A stretch of 64,000 bases of DNA from positions 30,937 through 94,936 of the forward strand of contig FR903536.1 of NCBI GenBank assembly GCA_000438075.1, written 5' to 3'. A program made the position numbers and the translations under genes. Source of the DNA: Clostridium sp. CAG:609. Its GTDB lineage: Bacteria; Bacillota_I; Bacilli_A; RF39; UBA660. Under the pieces are notes generated by a model. That model was given only the letters and a program-made list of their open reading frames with translations, was not told the origin of the DNA and did no database searches. The first letter of the stretch is position 1; the number at the start of each line of letters is the position of its first letter. Shown here in pieces: positions 1-10,671 of the stretch.

Positions 1-309
1 CTCAAAGCCTTCAACAAAACCAGTTAATTCTCTTTCTCCTCCTTTATTTTCCCATGTTGCACTATCGATAAGCATTCTTACATCACGATAAACAGTATCA
101 CTTCTACCTAGATAATTATCAATGGTTTTTTCATTAATATTTTTATCTATATCATATACCCCTCTAAGCCCTTCAGACTTCTCTTGCTTAGGTAAAGCTT
201 TTAAAGCTTTATTATCTTCTTCATTAGATTTACTAAATATAAAATAACTACCTAAACTTCCTAGTAAAAAACTAGCAATCGTTATAACTATAACTATACT
301 TTTTTTCAT
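1..309 (-). CDS. hypothetical membrane-anchored or secreted protein, N-terminal part (gene runs off the left edge)
   Basis: Absent from the ORF track because it is truncated. Own translation from ATG at 309..307 gives MKKSIVIVITIASFLLGSLGSYFIFSKSNEEDNKALKALPKQEKSEG..., open to position 1. GGAGGAGA Shine-Dalgarno lies just upstream (312-319). Confidence 0.6.
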   Translation of the reverse strand, partial: MKKSIVIVITIASFLLGSLGSYFIFSKSNEEDNKALKALPKQEKSEGLRGVYDIDKNINEKTIDNYLGRSDTVYRDVRMLIDSATWENKGGERELTGFVEGFE

Positions 310-385
310 AATATCTCCTCCAAGTAAAATACTATAACAAAATAAATTAAAAACCAATAACGTATAAGTTGAAAAAACTCAACAT

Positions 386-1105
386 TTAGTTGAGTTTACT
401 ACTACTATTACAATTATCTAATTTTAAAGGCACTTTATAATTAATAACTGTATCATTAAAATCATTAGCATTAATAGAAAGATACAAACTATTTTCTTTA
501 TATTCTTTACAAGTATTTTCATAATTATCAACAGAAAATACAATATCTTTTAAAAACTCTTCTAAAGTAATATTTTCATATTGAGATTTCCAACTACCAA
601 TTTTTCTCTCAACATCATTATTTGATTCATATAAAGTACATTCAATAGACTTATATTTTCTAACATCTCTTCCTCCGCAATACTCAATTTTATTAATAAA
701 AATAGCAGATTTATTTTCATTATAAGATATATTACCAGAAATATTAAAATTTTTGCATTCACTAGATAATGTTTTGAATTGAAAATCATTATCATTATTT
801 AAAAATTTAAAAATAAATAAAAATAATACAACAATAATAATAAACATAAAAATAGAAATAAAAACATATATAAATCTTTTTTTATAATTATTTTTTTTAT
901 ACATTCCATCAAATAATTCATCTAAACTAATATTAAAATCTTTACTAATTTGTCTGATTAAAGAAGTATCAGGCATATTTAAACCATTTTCCCATTTACT
1001 TACAGCTTGGTAGGTAACATTATATTTATCAGCAAATTGTTTTTGAGTTAAATTATTTTTCTTTCTTATTTCTTTAATTAATTTTCCAAATTTTTCTTGA
1101 TCCAT
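386..1105 (-). CDS. XRE-family HTH transcriptional regulator with a single transmembrane helix and an extracytoplasmic C-terminal domain
   Basis: N-terminus LTQKQFADKYNVTYQAVSKWENGLNMPD is a Cro/C1-type HTH. It is followed by a hydrophobic stretch FIYVFISIFMFIIIVVLFLFIF and a ~130-aa Cys-containing domain. Confidence 0.8.
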   Translation of the reverse strand: MDQEKFGKLIKEIRKKNNLTQKQFADKYNVTYQAVSKWENGLNMPDTSLIRQISKDFNISLDELFDGMYKKNNYKKRFIYVFISIFMFIIIVVLFLFIFKFLNNDNDFQFKTLSSECKNFNISGNISYNENKSAIFINKIEYCGGRDVRKYKSIECTLYESNNDVERKIGSWKSQYENITLEEFLKDIVFSVDNYENTCKEYKENSLYLSINANDFNDTVINYKVPLKLDNCNSSSKLN

Positions 1106-1185
1106 ACTACACTCCTTTTTAATAAATTACACCAAAATATAAACACAATAAATAAATTAACATATTTTTCATATAACCACCATTT

Positions 1186-3651
1186 CTATTCTACATTCTT
1201 TAAAGATTCAACCATATTAATTTTCTTTAAATTAAAATGAGTAAAAATTAATACAATAATAGAAAATATAATAGTAATTAAAGCAGAAAAAACATAACTT
1301 AATAAGAATACTTGCCTATCAAATAATAAATAATCAGGCTCACATGTAGATATAATATAATGACATAAATATGACCCAAAACATAAACCAAAACTAATAC
1401 CTAATAAAGTTAATAAAATAGTTTCTCTATTTATATATTTATCTACTTCATTTACATAAAAACCTAATACTTTTAAAGTAGCAATCTCCCTTTTTCTCTC
1501 ACTAATATTAATATTAGATAAATTATATAAAACAACAAAAGCAAGCATCGCTGCAGCAATAATTAAAATAGCCACAATAGAATCAATCGAAGACAACATA
1601 TCATTTAATGTATCTTTAATATCAAGATTATTGACAATAGAAATAACATCTTTATTAGAAATATATTTACTATCAAAATCATTACTTTCATTTACATTAT
1701 ATTTATTTAAATCAATTAATAACGAATTAACTTTATAATTACCAAATAAATTATTATAGGTATTTTTAGATATATACATATATTGATTAATATAATTTTT
1801 AACTATATAAGAAACTTTTATTTTGTAAATATTATTATCATTATCAATTACATCAATATAATCTCCAATATTTATATTTAAAATTCTAGCAGTTTTTTCA
1901 CTAACAGCACAAGTATTATCTTCTAATGTATTATAAATTATATTATTATATTTATAATTTATTAAAGAAATAACATCATTAAGTTTATTAAATTCTTCTG
2001 GTACAATCAAAGATACATCTTGTTTATTATCACCTTTTAAAACACTAACACTTTGATAATTAACTAAAACAACATTTAAAACATTTTCTTCACTTCTAAT
2101 ATTATTTACTAACTCACTATAATCATTATTTTCATTTATAACCACCATTTTATCATATTTAAATATATTATTAAATTGATAATCACTTATATTTTTAATA
2201 GAATCTTTTAATCCAAAACCAGCTAAAATTAAAGCTGTACAACCTGCAATACCAAATATAGTAGTTAGCACTCTTGATTTATACCTAAAAATATTTCTAA
2301 ATGTAACTTTATCAGAAAATTTAAGTCTTTTCCAAATAAAAGTTATTTTTTCTAATAAAATTTTCTTGCCTGATTTAGGTACTTTTGGTCTCATTAAATT
2401 TGCTGGAACGTCTTTTAAGTTAAAAATACAAATAATAACAGCAGTTCCACTAATACATAATATACAAATCCAAAAACCAAGCATATTATAAACACTATTA
2501 ATAGAATATAAAAATATTGGTATATAAAATATCTTTTTATAAATATTCCATATAACATAAGGAATCAAATAAGAACCAATAAAAACTCCTAAAACTCCAC
2601 CTATAATTGTAGCCAATAAGGAAAATATAACATATTTTAAAATAATATAAAAATTACTATAACCTAAAGACTTCAATGTCCCATTTTCAGTCCTATCTTC
2701 TTCAATCATTCTCATCATTGAAATAAGACTAACTAATATAGCAATACCAAAAAATATTAAAGGAAATACATTTCCCAAATTTTTAATATTATCACTAGCA
2801 TTGATTAATTCTTTATAAGAATTATTATCAAATCTATCATAAATATACCAATGTGGTTTAACAAAATCATCTTCATTTATATTAATACCATATAATTTAC
2901 TATCAGAAATTAACTTACCATATAATTCATCATATCTTTCTTCTTCTCTATCTTTTTTTATAACATTAATTTTTTCTACAAAATTATTAATAGTATTTTG
3001 ATATTCTTTACTATTAGTAAGCATATGCATAGTATCTTTAATTGTTAAATATACAACACTATAATAATCACTTTTTAATAAATCACTTAAAGTATAAGCA
3101 TAATAATTAACTTTCCCACTTCCTAAATTAGTACTAGGTCTTTCAGTAGAAAAATACAAAGGACTTATAATTGTTCCTACTATTTTTTTGTTACTACCTA
3201 AAATATCAATAGAATCACCAATACTTAAGTTATTATCAACAATCATCTTTTTTTCAACAACTATTTCATCATTATTATTAGGTAGTCTTCCATCTTCGAT
3301 ATAAACTTTATTAATATTATCATTTAAACCTATTACTTTAATAACATATTGTTCATTATTAAGTTTTAAATAAGTATCTTTTTCATAAGAACCAATGACT
3401 TTATCAACACCATCAATGTTGGATAAACGATCTATATCATTATCATCAAGCCCCAAATTAGAAAAAATCAAAATATCATAAACATTATTATCATCATAAA
3501 ATTTATCTAAAGTTTTAAGCATATCTGGACTACAAGCCTCAATTCCAGCATAAAAACCAATACCAAGAAGTGCCATAAACAAAAGCGATAAAAATCTTTT
3601 ATAATTTTGTCTAATTTTCATAAAAATATGTTTAAATAACATAGTTTTCAT
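1186..3651 (-). CDS. ABC transporter permease, FtsX/MacB-like (duplicated permease module)
   Basis: 821 aa. Two clusters of TM helices (around aa 290-440 and 690-815) are each preceded by a large hydrophilic domain. The gene lies directly downstream of, and adjacent to, an ABC ATPase gene. Confidence 0.8.
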   Translation of the reverse strand: MKTMLFKHIFMKIRQNYKRFLSLLFMALLGIGFYAGIEACSPDMLKTLDKFYDDNNVYDILIFSNLGLDDNDIDRLSNIDGVDKVIGSYEKDTYLKLNNEQYVIKVIGLNDNINKVYIEDGRLPNNNDEIVVEKKMIVDNNLSIGDSIDILGSNKKIVGTIISPLYFSTERPSTNLGSGKVNYYAYTLSDLLKSDYYSVVYLTIKDTMHMLTNSKEYQNTINNFVEKINVIKKDREEERYDELYGKLISDSKLYGININEDDFVKPHWYIYDRFDNNSYKELINASDNIKNLGNVFPLIFFGIAILVSLISMMRMIEEDRTENGTLKSLGYSNFYIILKYVIFSLLATIIGGVLGVFIGSYLIPYVIWNIYKKIFYIPIFLYSINSVYNMLGFWICILCISGTAVIICIFNLKDVPANLMRPKVPKSGKKILLEKITFIWKRLKFSDKVTFRNIFRYKSRVLTTIFGIAGCTALILAGFGLKDSIKNISDYQFNNIFKYDKMVVINENNDYSELVNNIRSEENVLNVVLVNYQSVSVLKGDNKQDVSLIVPEEFNKLNDVISLINYKYNNIIYNTLEDNTCAVSEKTARILNINIGDYIDVIDNDNNIYKIKVSYIVKNYINQYMYISKNTYNNLFGNYKVNSLLIDLNKYNVNESNDFDSKYISNKDVISIVNNLDIKDTLNDMLSSIDSIVAILIIAAAMLAFVVLYNLSNINISERKREIATLKVLGFYVNEVDKYINRETILLTLLGISFGLCFGSYLCHYIISTCEPDYLLFDRQVFLLSYVFSALITIIFSIIVLIFTHFNLKKINMVESLKNVE

Positions 3652-3652
3652 A

Positions 3653-4354
3653 TTACCACTCTATATCCTTTATATCCATAGGTTTATCATTAATAATAAC
3701 ATCACTAACTGCACCATTTTTAAATTTGATAACTTTGTCAGCCATTGGACAAATAGCAGAATTATGGGTTATAATTATTACTGTCATATGTTCTAATCTA
3801 CATGTATCTTGAAGCAATTTAAGAATTTGTTTTCCGGTTATATAATCTAGTGCACCAGTAGGTTCATCACATAATAACAATTTTGGATTTTTACAAATAG
3901 CCCTAGCTATTGCAACTCTTTGTTGTTCTCCACCACTAAGTTGTGCTGGAAAATTATTCTTTCTATTGCTAAGCCCTACTTTATCCAAAATATCATCAGG
4001 ATTCAAAGAATTTTTACATAATTGAGTAGCAAGTTCTACATTTTCAATAACAGTTAAATTTTGAATTAAATTATAAAACTGAAAAACAAAACCAATATCA
4101 TTTCTACGATATTTAATTAATTCTTTGTCATTTAGTTTATTAATACACTTACCATCAACCATTACTTCACCACTAGTTAATTTATCCATACCACCTAAAA
4201 TATTTAAACAAGTAGTTTTACCTGCACCGGAAGGTCCTAATATACAAACTAATTCTCCTTTATTTATTTTAAAAGAAGTATTTGAAAGTGCTTTAATTTC
4301 AACTTCACCCATTTTATATACTTTATTTACATTATTAAATTCTATATAAGCCAT
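3653..4354 (-). CDS. ABC transporter ATP-binding protein (MacB/LolD-like)
   Basis: Walker [10 protein letters not shown], signature [14 protein letters not shown], Walker [13 protein letters not shown]. Start moved to MAYIEFNNV (ATG 4354) because GGGAGA lies 5 nt upstream. Confidence 0.93.
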   Translation of the reverse strand: MAYIEFNNVNKVYKMGEVEIKALSNTSFKINKGELVCILGPSGAGKTTCLNILGGMDKLTSGEVMVDGKCINKLNDKELIKYRRNDIGFVFQFYNLIQNLTVIENVELATQLCKNSLNPDDILDKVGLSNRKNNFPAQLSGGEQQRVAIARAICKNPKLLLCDEPTGALDYITGKQILKLLQDTCRLEHMTVIIITHNSAICPMADKVIKFKNGAVSDVIINDKPMDIKDIEW

Positions 4355-4368
4355 AATATCTCCCTTCT

Positions 4369-5211
4369 TTATTTCATTAAACAATTCTTAACAGATTCTG
4401 CCATTTTACGTTTTTCTTTTATAGGAACAAAATTTTTAACAACAGAACTACGCTTATTATTTTTAAGACCAATATATGCAAAAAAACTAAAAACTAAAGC
4501 TCCAATAAAATTAACAAACAAATCTTTCATAGTATCATTTAAACCAATATCTAAATATCCACCATCAATAACATATAATAGCTTTCCATCTTTATCAAAA
4601 ATTTCGGTCTTTCCAATATTATCAACAACAACAGGTTTATTTTCATTATCAGGATTTAAATAAACTGACGAAATATTAGTAATAAGAGTATCTTTTTGCA
4701 TATCAAATTTCACTAATTTATCCCCTCCATATTCAAAAAATTCCCATAAAATACCAATAGTCATAGAAAAACAAAAAGCAACTAAACATAAATAAAAGGG
4801 TGATAAATTAATATCTTTGCTATTTTTATTTAATAAATCTACTAAAGAAAAACCAACTGCTGTAGCTAAAAATCCATTTATAGTATGTAAGCAAGTATCC
4901 CAATGAGGAATAATTCCATAAAAATTATTAATCTCACCAAGTATTTCAGCAGAAAATATAAATAAATAAATACTTATTTCTAAACTATCAGGCAAAGTAA
5001 TTTCATATTTATTTTGAATAAATAACGGAGCAAATAACAAAACTAAAGATAATAAACATAATAAAGCATTATTTAAATCCCCTCTAATTACTTGTAAAAT
5101 CATACATATTACAACTAAAAACCTAAGAATTAAATAAATAGCCAAAGAACTTCTTTTTGTTTCTTTATAAGCCATTTTAATCATTTTTTGAGCATTTATT
5201 CTTTTTTTCAT
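4369..5211 (-). CDS. multi-pass integral membrane protein, unknown function
   Basis: About 6-7 hydrophobic helices. Start chosen at MKKRINAQ (5211), preceded by GAGGTG. Confidence 0.6.
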   Translation of the reverse strand: MKKRINAQKMIKMAYKETKRSSLAIYLILRFLVVICMILQVIRGDLNNALLCLLSLVLLFAPLFIQNKYEITLPDSLEISIYLFIFSAEILGEINNFYGIIPHWDTCLHTINGFLATAVGFSLVDLLNKNSKDINLSPFYLCLVAFCFSMTIGILWEFFEYGGDKLVKFDMQKDTLITNISSVYLNPDNENKPVVVDNIGKTEIFDKDGKLLYVIDGGYLDIGLNDTMKDLFVNFIGALVFSFFAYIGLKNNKRSSVVKNFVPIKEKRKMAESVKNCLMK

Positions 5212-5286
5212 AAAACACCTCACTAAATAATATCTAACCTAATTATACTATTTAATTAAAAAAAATTCTATAAAAATAAAAAAATA

Positions 5287-5535
5287 CTAAGAATTTTTTA
5301 CGCTCTTAATATTTTGTAATTCAAATCTATACTTATTATTTACATCCGGATATTTAACATGATCAACTTCACTTAAAAACATATCATAATCCCTAACATA
5401 TAATTTGCAATCATCATATAACGCTCTATACACAACCATTTTCTTATCAGTTTCACTATTAATTGCAACATCAAGTACAATATATAAGTCCCCTTTAAAA
5501 TGTTTATAAACTTTATTTAATTCAAGTTTTCTCAT
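5287..5535 (-). CDS. DUF1653-like small protein
   Basis: YKHFKGDLYIVL...SETDKKMVVYRALYDD pattern is typical of DUF1653. Confidence 0.65.
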   Translation of the reverse strand: MRKLELNKVYKHFKGDLYIVLDVAINSETDKKMVVYRALYDDCKLYVRDYDMFLSEVDHVKYPDVNNKYRFELQNIKSVKNS

Positions 5536-6248
5536 GCTGCAGTATATCCTCCATCAATTGGAACTATAGCACCAGTAATAAATGATGCTTCATCACTTAG
5601 TAAAAAACAAATTAAATCAGCAATTTCTGTATCTTTACCAAGTCTTCCAATTGGAAGTTGATTAGCCATAGCAGCTTTAGCATCATCTGGAACCATTGCA
5701 AGTATCGGTGTATCAACATAACCCGGAGCAATTGCATTAACTCTGATATTTTCTCTAGCATAAGATAAAGCCAAAGATCTAGTTATTTGATTTATTGCAC
5801 CCTTACTAGCAGAATAAGCAAAACTCATATTGGTTCCAACTAACCCATACATTGATGAAGTATTAACAATGCTTCCTCCACCAGTCTTAAGCATTTCACT
5901 TATAACATATTTATTCATTAAAAATATACCTGTTTGATTAACTCCAATAACTTTATTCCATTCTTCCAAACTAACTTCATGAGGTAAACTAGCACTTCCA
6001 CCAATGCCAGCATTAGCAACTAAATAATCTATATGATTATATTTCTTTATTACTTCATCAATACAATGTTTAACATCTTCTTCATTTGACACATCACACT
6101 TAATACCCATAAGTCCATTTTCTAAAGCAATACTTTCTACATTATTACTCCAGTCTACTAACACAACTTCACAACCCAAACTCTTAAGTCTCTTGCCTGT
6201 TGCAAGACCTATACCACTTGCTCCCCCAGTAATTACAGCTACTTTCAT
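5532..6248 (-). CDS. short-chain dehydrogenase/reductase (SDR) family oxidoreductase
   Basis: TGGASGIG cofactor motif, NAG, and catalytic YSASKGA. Start set at MKVAVITGG (6248), 9 nt after AAGGAG. Confidence 0.9.
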   Translation of the reverse strand: MKVAVITGGASGIGLATGKRLKSLGCEVVLVDWSNNVESIALENGLMGIKCDVSNEEDVKHCIDEVIKKYNHIDYLVANAGIGGSASLPHEVSLEEWNKVIGVNQTGIFLMNKYVISEMLKTGGGSIVNTSSMYGLVGTNMSFAYSASKGAINQITRSLALSYARENIRVNAIAPGYVDTPILAMVPDDAKAAMANQLPIGRLGKDTEIADLICFLLSDEASFITGAIVPIDGGYTAA

Positions 6249-6261
6249 ATTATCCATCTCC

Positions 6262-6993
6262 TTATTTTAAACTACTGCTTCCAGTTTTATAATCTATATT
6301 TATACCTGTTTGAATATTATAAACAAAAACATTAAATTTTATACCTTCACCATTATCTTCAACAGATTTAGCTTCAATCTTAACACCACTTGCAAGCAAG
6401 TTGTCATCCTTATATATCGGTGTAACTCTATATAAAACATGATTATTAGTTTTCTTAATATAAAAAGCTACACTATTTTCAAAATCTAACATTCCTTTTG
6501 TGTTCATTTCTCTTGTACATGTAATCAAGTTTTTAGGATTTGCGTTTTCACCTGTCAATTGATAACCTATCAAATGACATCTATTATACAAATACTTTCC
6601 ATCAACTATATCATACTTTACAGTGTGCCACCCAGTTGGTTTAATCATTCCAATTGAACCTCTTTTTTCCGTAGGCATCAAATCTTTTCCAATATTACTA
6701 AATGCTACCTGTGCTCTACCCAAGCCATCTAATTCACTATATTTTTCAAAAGATTTACTTGTATCAACTGTCTCATCAAACTCAGGTTCATTATTATTTA
6801 ACACAATATAATTATAACCACTATAATCAGGTATATCTAAAACACCAATATTATTTACAACTTCACTACTATTATCAAAAGTACTATCGCTTAATTTATC
6901 TTCAATACCCTCAAAGTTATAAACAACCCCCAGTGCTAAAGCAAGCAATAAACTAATTACTGCTATATATCCATTACTTTTTCTCTTCTTCAT
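6262..6993 (-). CDS. secreted or membrane-anchored DNA/RNA non-specific endonuclease (EndA/NucA-like)
   Basis: N-terminal anchor YIAVISLLLALALGVV. Nuclease core LYNRCHLIGYQLTGENANPKNLITCTREMN. Confidence 0.8.
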   Translation of the reverse strand: MKKRKSNGYIAVISLLLALALGVVYNFEGIEDKLSDSTFDNSSEVVNNIGVLDIPDYSGYNYIVLNNNEPEFDETVDTSKSFEKYSELDGLGRAQVAFSNIGKDLMPTEKRGSIGMIKPTGWHTVKYDIVDGKYLYNRCHLIGYQLTGENANPKNLITCTREMNTKGMLDFENSVAFYIKKTNNHVLYRVTPIYKDDNLLASGVKIEAKSVEDNGEGIKFNVFVYNIQTGINIDYKTGSSSLK

Positions 6994-7002
6994 AAAACCT
7001 CT

Positions 7003-7224
7003 TTACAAGATTTCTTTTAATATTTTCTTTGATTCTTCATATGCTTCTTTATATTCTTCATCAGTAAATACAAAGGTAGAATGACTATCATTAATTAACA
7101 TAAGCAAATCTAACTCTTCATCAAATAACAATTTACCAACCCGCAATTCAAAACAAAATTTTTCCACTAATTGATGTCTTGCAAAAGCTCTACTTAAATT
7201 ATTATAAATTTCAAACTCATCCAT
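7003..7224 (-). CDS. small acidic hypothetical protein, co-oriented 9 nt upstream of the nuclease gene
   Basis: 73-aa ORF with no recognisable motif, rich in D/E. Tight spacing suggests co-transcription. Confidence 0.45.
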   Translation of the reverse strand: MDEFEIYNNLSRAFARHQLVEKFCFELRVGKLLFDEELDLLMLINDSHSTFVFTDEEYKEAYEESKKILKEIL

Positions 7225-7290
7225 TATAATTCCTCCACTTCATAAATATACCACAAATCCATTTTTTTCAAAATAAAAAAATATGTAAAA

Positions 7291-7881
7291 TTACAACGAC
7301 TTTACACATTTTTTATATTCTTCTAAAGTTTGATTAGTTTGATATAATTCAAAAGCAAGTTCTAATCCTACAAATCTATAATGCCATGGTTCAAAATTAA
7401 ATCCAGTAATATCTTCTTTACCTTTCGGATACCTAAGAATAAAACCATATTTCCAAGCATTATCTTTAAGCCAAATAGCTTCTTTATCATCTTCTTTAAT
7501 ATCATCATTATATATACCATTTTCATAAATAGCAAAATCTACAGCTAAACCAGTTTGATGTTCTGATGTTCCAGGTAAAGCAACTAACTTATAAGCTTCA
7601 TTTCCTTTTTCAGAAATTACTTTATCAAGTATCATTTGTTGATAATTACCACTTCTAAAAGCACTATCAACAATTATATTAATACCATTATTATTAGCAT
7701 CATAGATTAATTTTTCTATATAAGGTTTTACTTCAATTCTAAGCATAGGTTTTATATTATCAATTAAATAATTACGAAAATTATTTTCATTATTATCAAC
7801 AATATACATATTCTTAGGAATATAATCAATACTTAACATATTTTCTTTATTAACTAATACATCAATACTTAAATCATCCAT
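7291..7881 (-). CDS. D-alanyl-D-alanine carboxypeptidase, VanY/M15B family
   Basis: Motifs SAFRS, SEHQTGLAVD, EPWHYRFVG. No signal peptide is visible. Confidence 0.85.
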   Translation of the reverse strand: MDDLSIDVLVNKENMLSIDYIPKNMYIVDNNENNFRNYLIDNIKPMLRIEVKPYIEKLIYDANNNGINIIVDSAFRSGNYQQMILDKVISEKGNEAYKLVALPGTSEHQTGLAVDFAIYENGIYNDDIKEDDKEAIWLKDNAWKYGFILRYPKGKEDITGFNFEPWHYRFVGLELAFELYQTNQTLEEYKKCVKSL

Positions 7882-7896
7882 AAAGCACTTCCTTTT

Positions 7897-8931
7897 TTAT
7901 TTATTCGGATCAACTATTATTTTAACTGCAGAATCTTTACCACTAGTTAGTCTTTCATATGCTTTTTGAACACCATCTAAAGGCACAACATCATCTACAA
8001 ATTTCATAACATCTAATTTTTGATTAGCAATTAAATCAATACATGACTTAAATTCATCATATGTATAAGCAATAGCACCTTGAACTACAAGTTCTTTCAA
8101 AACAGCCATAACTGTGTATGTTGGTACCGCTTCAGTAGCAACCCCTACAAGTACAACAATACCACCAGGTTTAACCATTGTAATTGCACTATTAACTGCA
8201 GCACTATTACCACAACACTCAATAACTACATCAAAACCACCATTAGTTTTTTCCATCATCTTTGGTACTAAATTTTCATCTAAGGCATTACACCATTCAT
8301 CAGCAACTCCAAGTTTAACACTCTTTTTACCTCTTTCTTCATTAGTTTCGGTAATAACTACTCTACTAGCACCTTCAAGTTTAGCAAACATCGCACTAAC
8401 AAGTCCAATGATTCCACCACCAATAACAAGTACATCATCACCAACAGCAATTCTTCCTAAATGAGCAGCATGAAGACCTACCGCAACAGGTTCAACCATG
8501 GCAACTTCTTCATCCATCATATCATCTGGGACTTTAATAACCATATCACTATGTACTGCAATTCTACTTGTAAGTCCACCTGGATTATTTATAGATAAAC
8601 CAACAGCTTCATTCCATGTTTGACTACAATATTGAACCTCACCCTTACGACAAGCTTCACATTTACCACATGGAGAAATAGGAAGTGCAGTAACTCTATC
8701 ACCAACTTCAAGATCTAATCTATCTCCTGGATCTACTACTCTACCACAAAACTCATGTCCCATAACAAGACCTTTAGGTTCTCCATTTACCCAATTATGA
8801 ATATCAGAACCACAAATACCAGTTTTAATAACATCAATAATTACTTTACTTCCATCAGCAACTGGTTCATTTATTTCTTTAATTTCAAATTGTTTAACGC
8901 CTTTAATTACACAAGCTCTCACTAACAACAT
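7897..8931 (-). CDS. zinc-dependent medium-chain alcohol/polyol dehydrogenase
   Basis: GHEFCG zinc motif, structural-zinc Cys cluster CGKCEACRKGEVQYC, and Rossmann motif GGGIIG. The start is uncertain: ATG 8931 abuts AAGGAG, and GTG at 8922 is better spaced. The longest ORF begins at 8985. Confidence 0.88.
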   Translation of the reverse strand: MLLVRACVIKGVKQFEIKEINEPVADGSKVIIDVIKTGICGSDIHNWVNGEPKGLVMGHEFCGRVVDPGDRLDLEVGDRVTALPISPCGKCEACRKGEVQYCSQTWNEAVGLSINNPGGLTSRIAVHSDMVIKVPDDMMDEEVAMVEPVAVGLHAAHLGRIAVGDDVLVIGGGIIGLVSAMFAKLEGASRVVITETNEERGKKSVKLGVADEWCNALDENLVPKMMEKTNGGFDVVIECCGNSAAVNSAITMVKPGGIVVLVGVATEAVPTYTVMAVLKELVVQGAIAYTYDEFKSCIDLIANQKLDVMKFVDDVVPLDGVQKAYERLTSGKDSAVKIIVDPNK

Positions 8932-9009
8932 CTCCTTACTATCTCGATTATACCATTTTTTTGCAAAAATTACACTATAAAACAAAAAGAATTTACAAAT
9001 TAATGTAAA

Positions 9010-9834
9010 TTACTTCTTAGTTACTACCACATGTGGATATGGAATTTCAATATTTTCTTCATCAAATCTTTTCTTAATAACATAATTTAATTTATACATA
9101 TTATCATATACATCACTATTATCTTTACCCCAAACCCAAGCTCTTAAACTAATACTTGAATCATTCCAACTAGCAACTCTAACCTTTGGAAACTCAACAT
9201 CTTTATTTATACCTTTTTTACTTGGTTTATATAATTTTTTCATTTCATCTTTAAGTATACTAACAGCTTTATCTATATCAGATTCATAAGAAATTGAATA
9301 ATCCACTAACTTTACATTTTCATTATCTTTATAGTTAAAATTTTCAATAATATAGGAATTCATTTGACAATTTGGTATAATAACTCTTCTATTATTGATT
9401 GTTCTAATAATGGTATGTCTCATTGTTATATCTTCAACTGTACCACTAACTCCTTGCATTGAACACTCAATAAAGTCTCCAACCTCATATGCATCCCCAA
9501 TAACTAAAGCTAAACTTCCAAAGAAATTCTTCATACTCTCTTGAGCAGCAAGACCTAAAACTACAGATCCAATTCCTAGTCCTGATAACACAGTTATTGA
9601 AAACTTATGAAAGGCATCAAATTGTTCTAAACAAAGAAGTACCATCAAAGAATAAAGTATTAACTTCTTAATTCTTTTAATAAACATAAGTAATGTCGTT
9701 ACATTCTTTTTTCTTTTTCTTCTTATTGTTCTATTTATTAATTCATCTAAAACTCTATTAACAACTACAATTATTGCAACAATTACAACAATGCTTATAA
9801 ATTTATCTAAGTATTTATCTAAAAAATCCTTCAT
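9010..9834 (-). CDS. mechanosensitive ion channel (MscS family)
   Basis: Three TM helices followed by the beta-domain motif GTVEDITMRHTIIRTINNRRVIIPN. Confidence 0.85.
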   Translation of the reverse strand: MKDFLDKYLDKFISIVVIVAIIVVVNRVLDELINRTIRRKRKKNVTTLLMFIKRIKKLILYSLMVLLCLEQFDAFHKFSITVLSGLGIGSVVLGLAAQESMKNFFGSLALVIGDAYEVGDFIECSMQGVSGTVEDITMRHTIIRTINNRRVIIPNCQMNSYIIENFNYKDNENVKLVDYSISYESDIDKAVSILKDEMKKLYKPSKKGINKDVEFPKVRVASWNDSSISLRAWVWGKDNSDVYDNMYKLNYVIKKRFDEENIEIPYPHVVVTKK

Positions 9835-9924
9835 CTTATCACCACCTTAATAATACCACATAACTAAATAATTTGCAATTTTTTTAGAATATGATATAAT
9901 AATAAACCATCAAGGAGGTATCCA

Positions 9925-10671
9925 ATGAATTATTTAAGTATTGGCACAAAATATATATCAAAAAGCCTATTCCAACCAATAAAAAATGGTAATGGTTTTA
10001 AGCCCTACGGAGGTATCTGGGCAACAATACACAATAAAGAATACAAAAACTATAATGAATGGATGGACTATGTTATATTAAATCCATATATATTATTTAA
10101 CGTATACAAAGATAATCCCTTAGAAATACCTGCAGTTTATCTAACACTAAAAGAAAACACAAGTATATTTAAATTAAATGATAAAGAAGCCCTGGATTAT
10201 CTTCTTAAAACTTATCCATTAAATAACTGGATAGATTTTGAAAAACTTACACAAAACTATGACGGTATTTATATAGATATTTTAGAACTAGCCAGATGTA
10301 CAACCAAAGAACAATTTAACAATTTATTATCTTACTCAGTTAATACATTAATACTATTTAATCCAGATTGCATAGATTATTATCAAAAGACTACAATAAA
10401 AATAGACTCCTTAAATTTTGACCCAGCATCTCTTGAAATGGGATACACAATAAATATTGATGATAATCATGAAACAATCGGATTAGAAAATACTGATATA
10501 ATTAATTTACTTGAAAGAATAAAAAAATATATCAAAGATAATAACTTACCATATGATATAAACAGTTTTCTAAAACTTGAACAAGTATTTAAAAATGATA
10601 TAAACAAAACTGATATTCCTATTCCAAAAAAAGAAGCTTTACTAATTAGAAAAGCTTTCCACAGTATTTAA
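9925..10671 (+). CDS. hypothetical protein
   Basis: 248-aa ORF with strong RBS AAGGAGG. No TM helix and no recognisable motif. It is one of the few plus-strand genes in the window. Confidence 0.6.
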   Translation: MNYLSIGTKYISKSLFQPIKNGNGFKPYGGIWATIHNKEYKNYNEWMDYVILNPYILFNVYKDNPLEIPAVYLTLKENTSIFKLNDKEALDYLLKTYPLNNWIDFEKLTQNYDGIYIDILELARCTTKEQFNNLLSYSVNTLILFNPDCIDYYQKTTIKIDSLNFDPASLEMGYTINIDDNHETIGLENTDIINLLERIKKYIKDNNLPYDINSFLKLEQVFKNDINKTDIPIPKKEALLIRKAFHSI

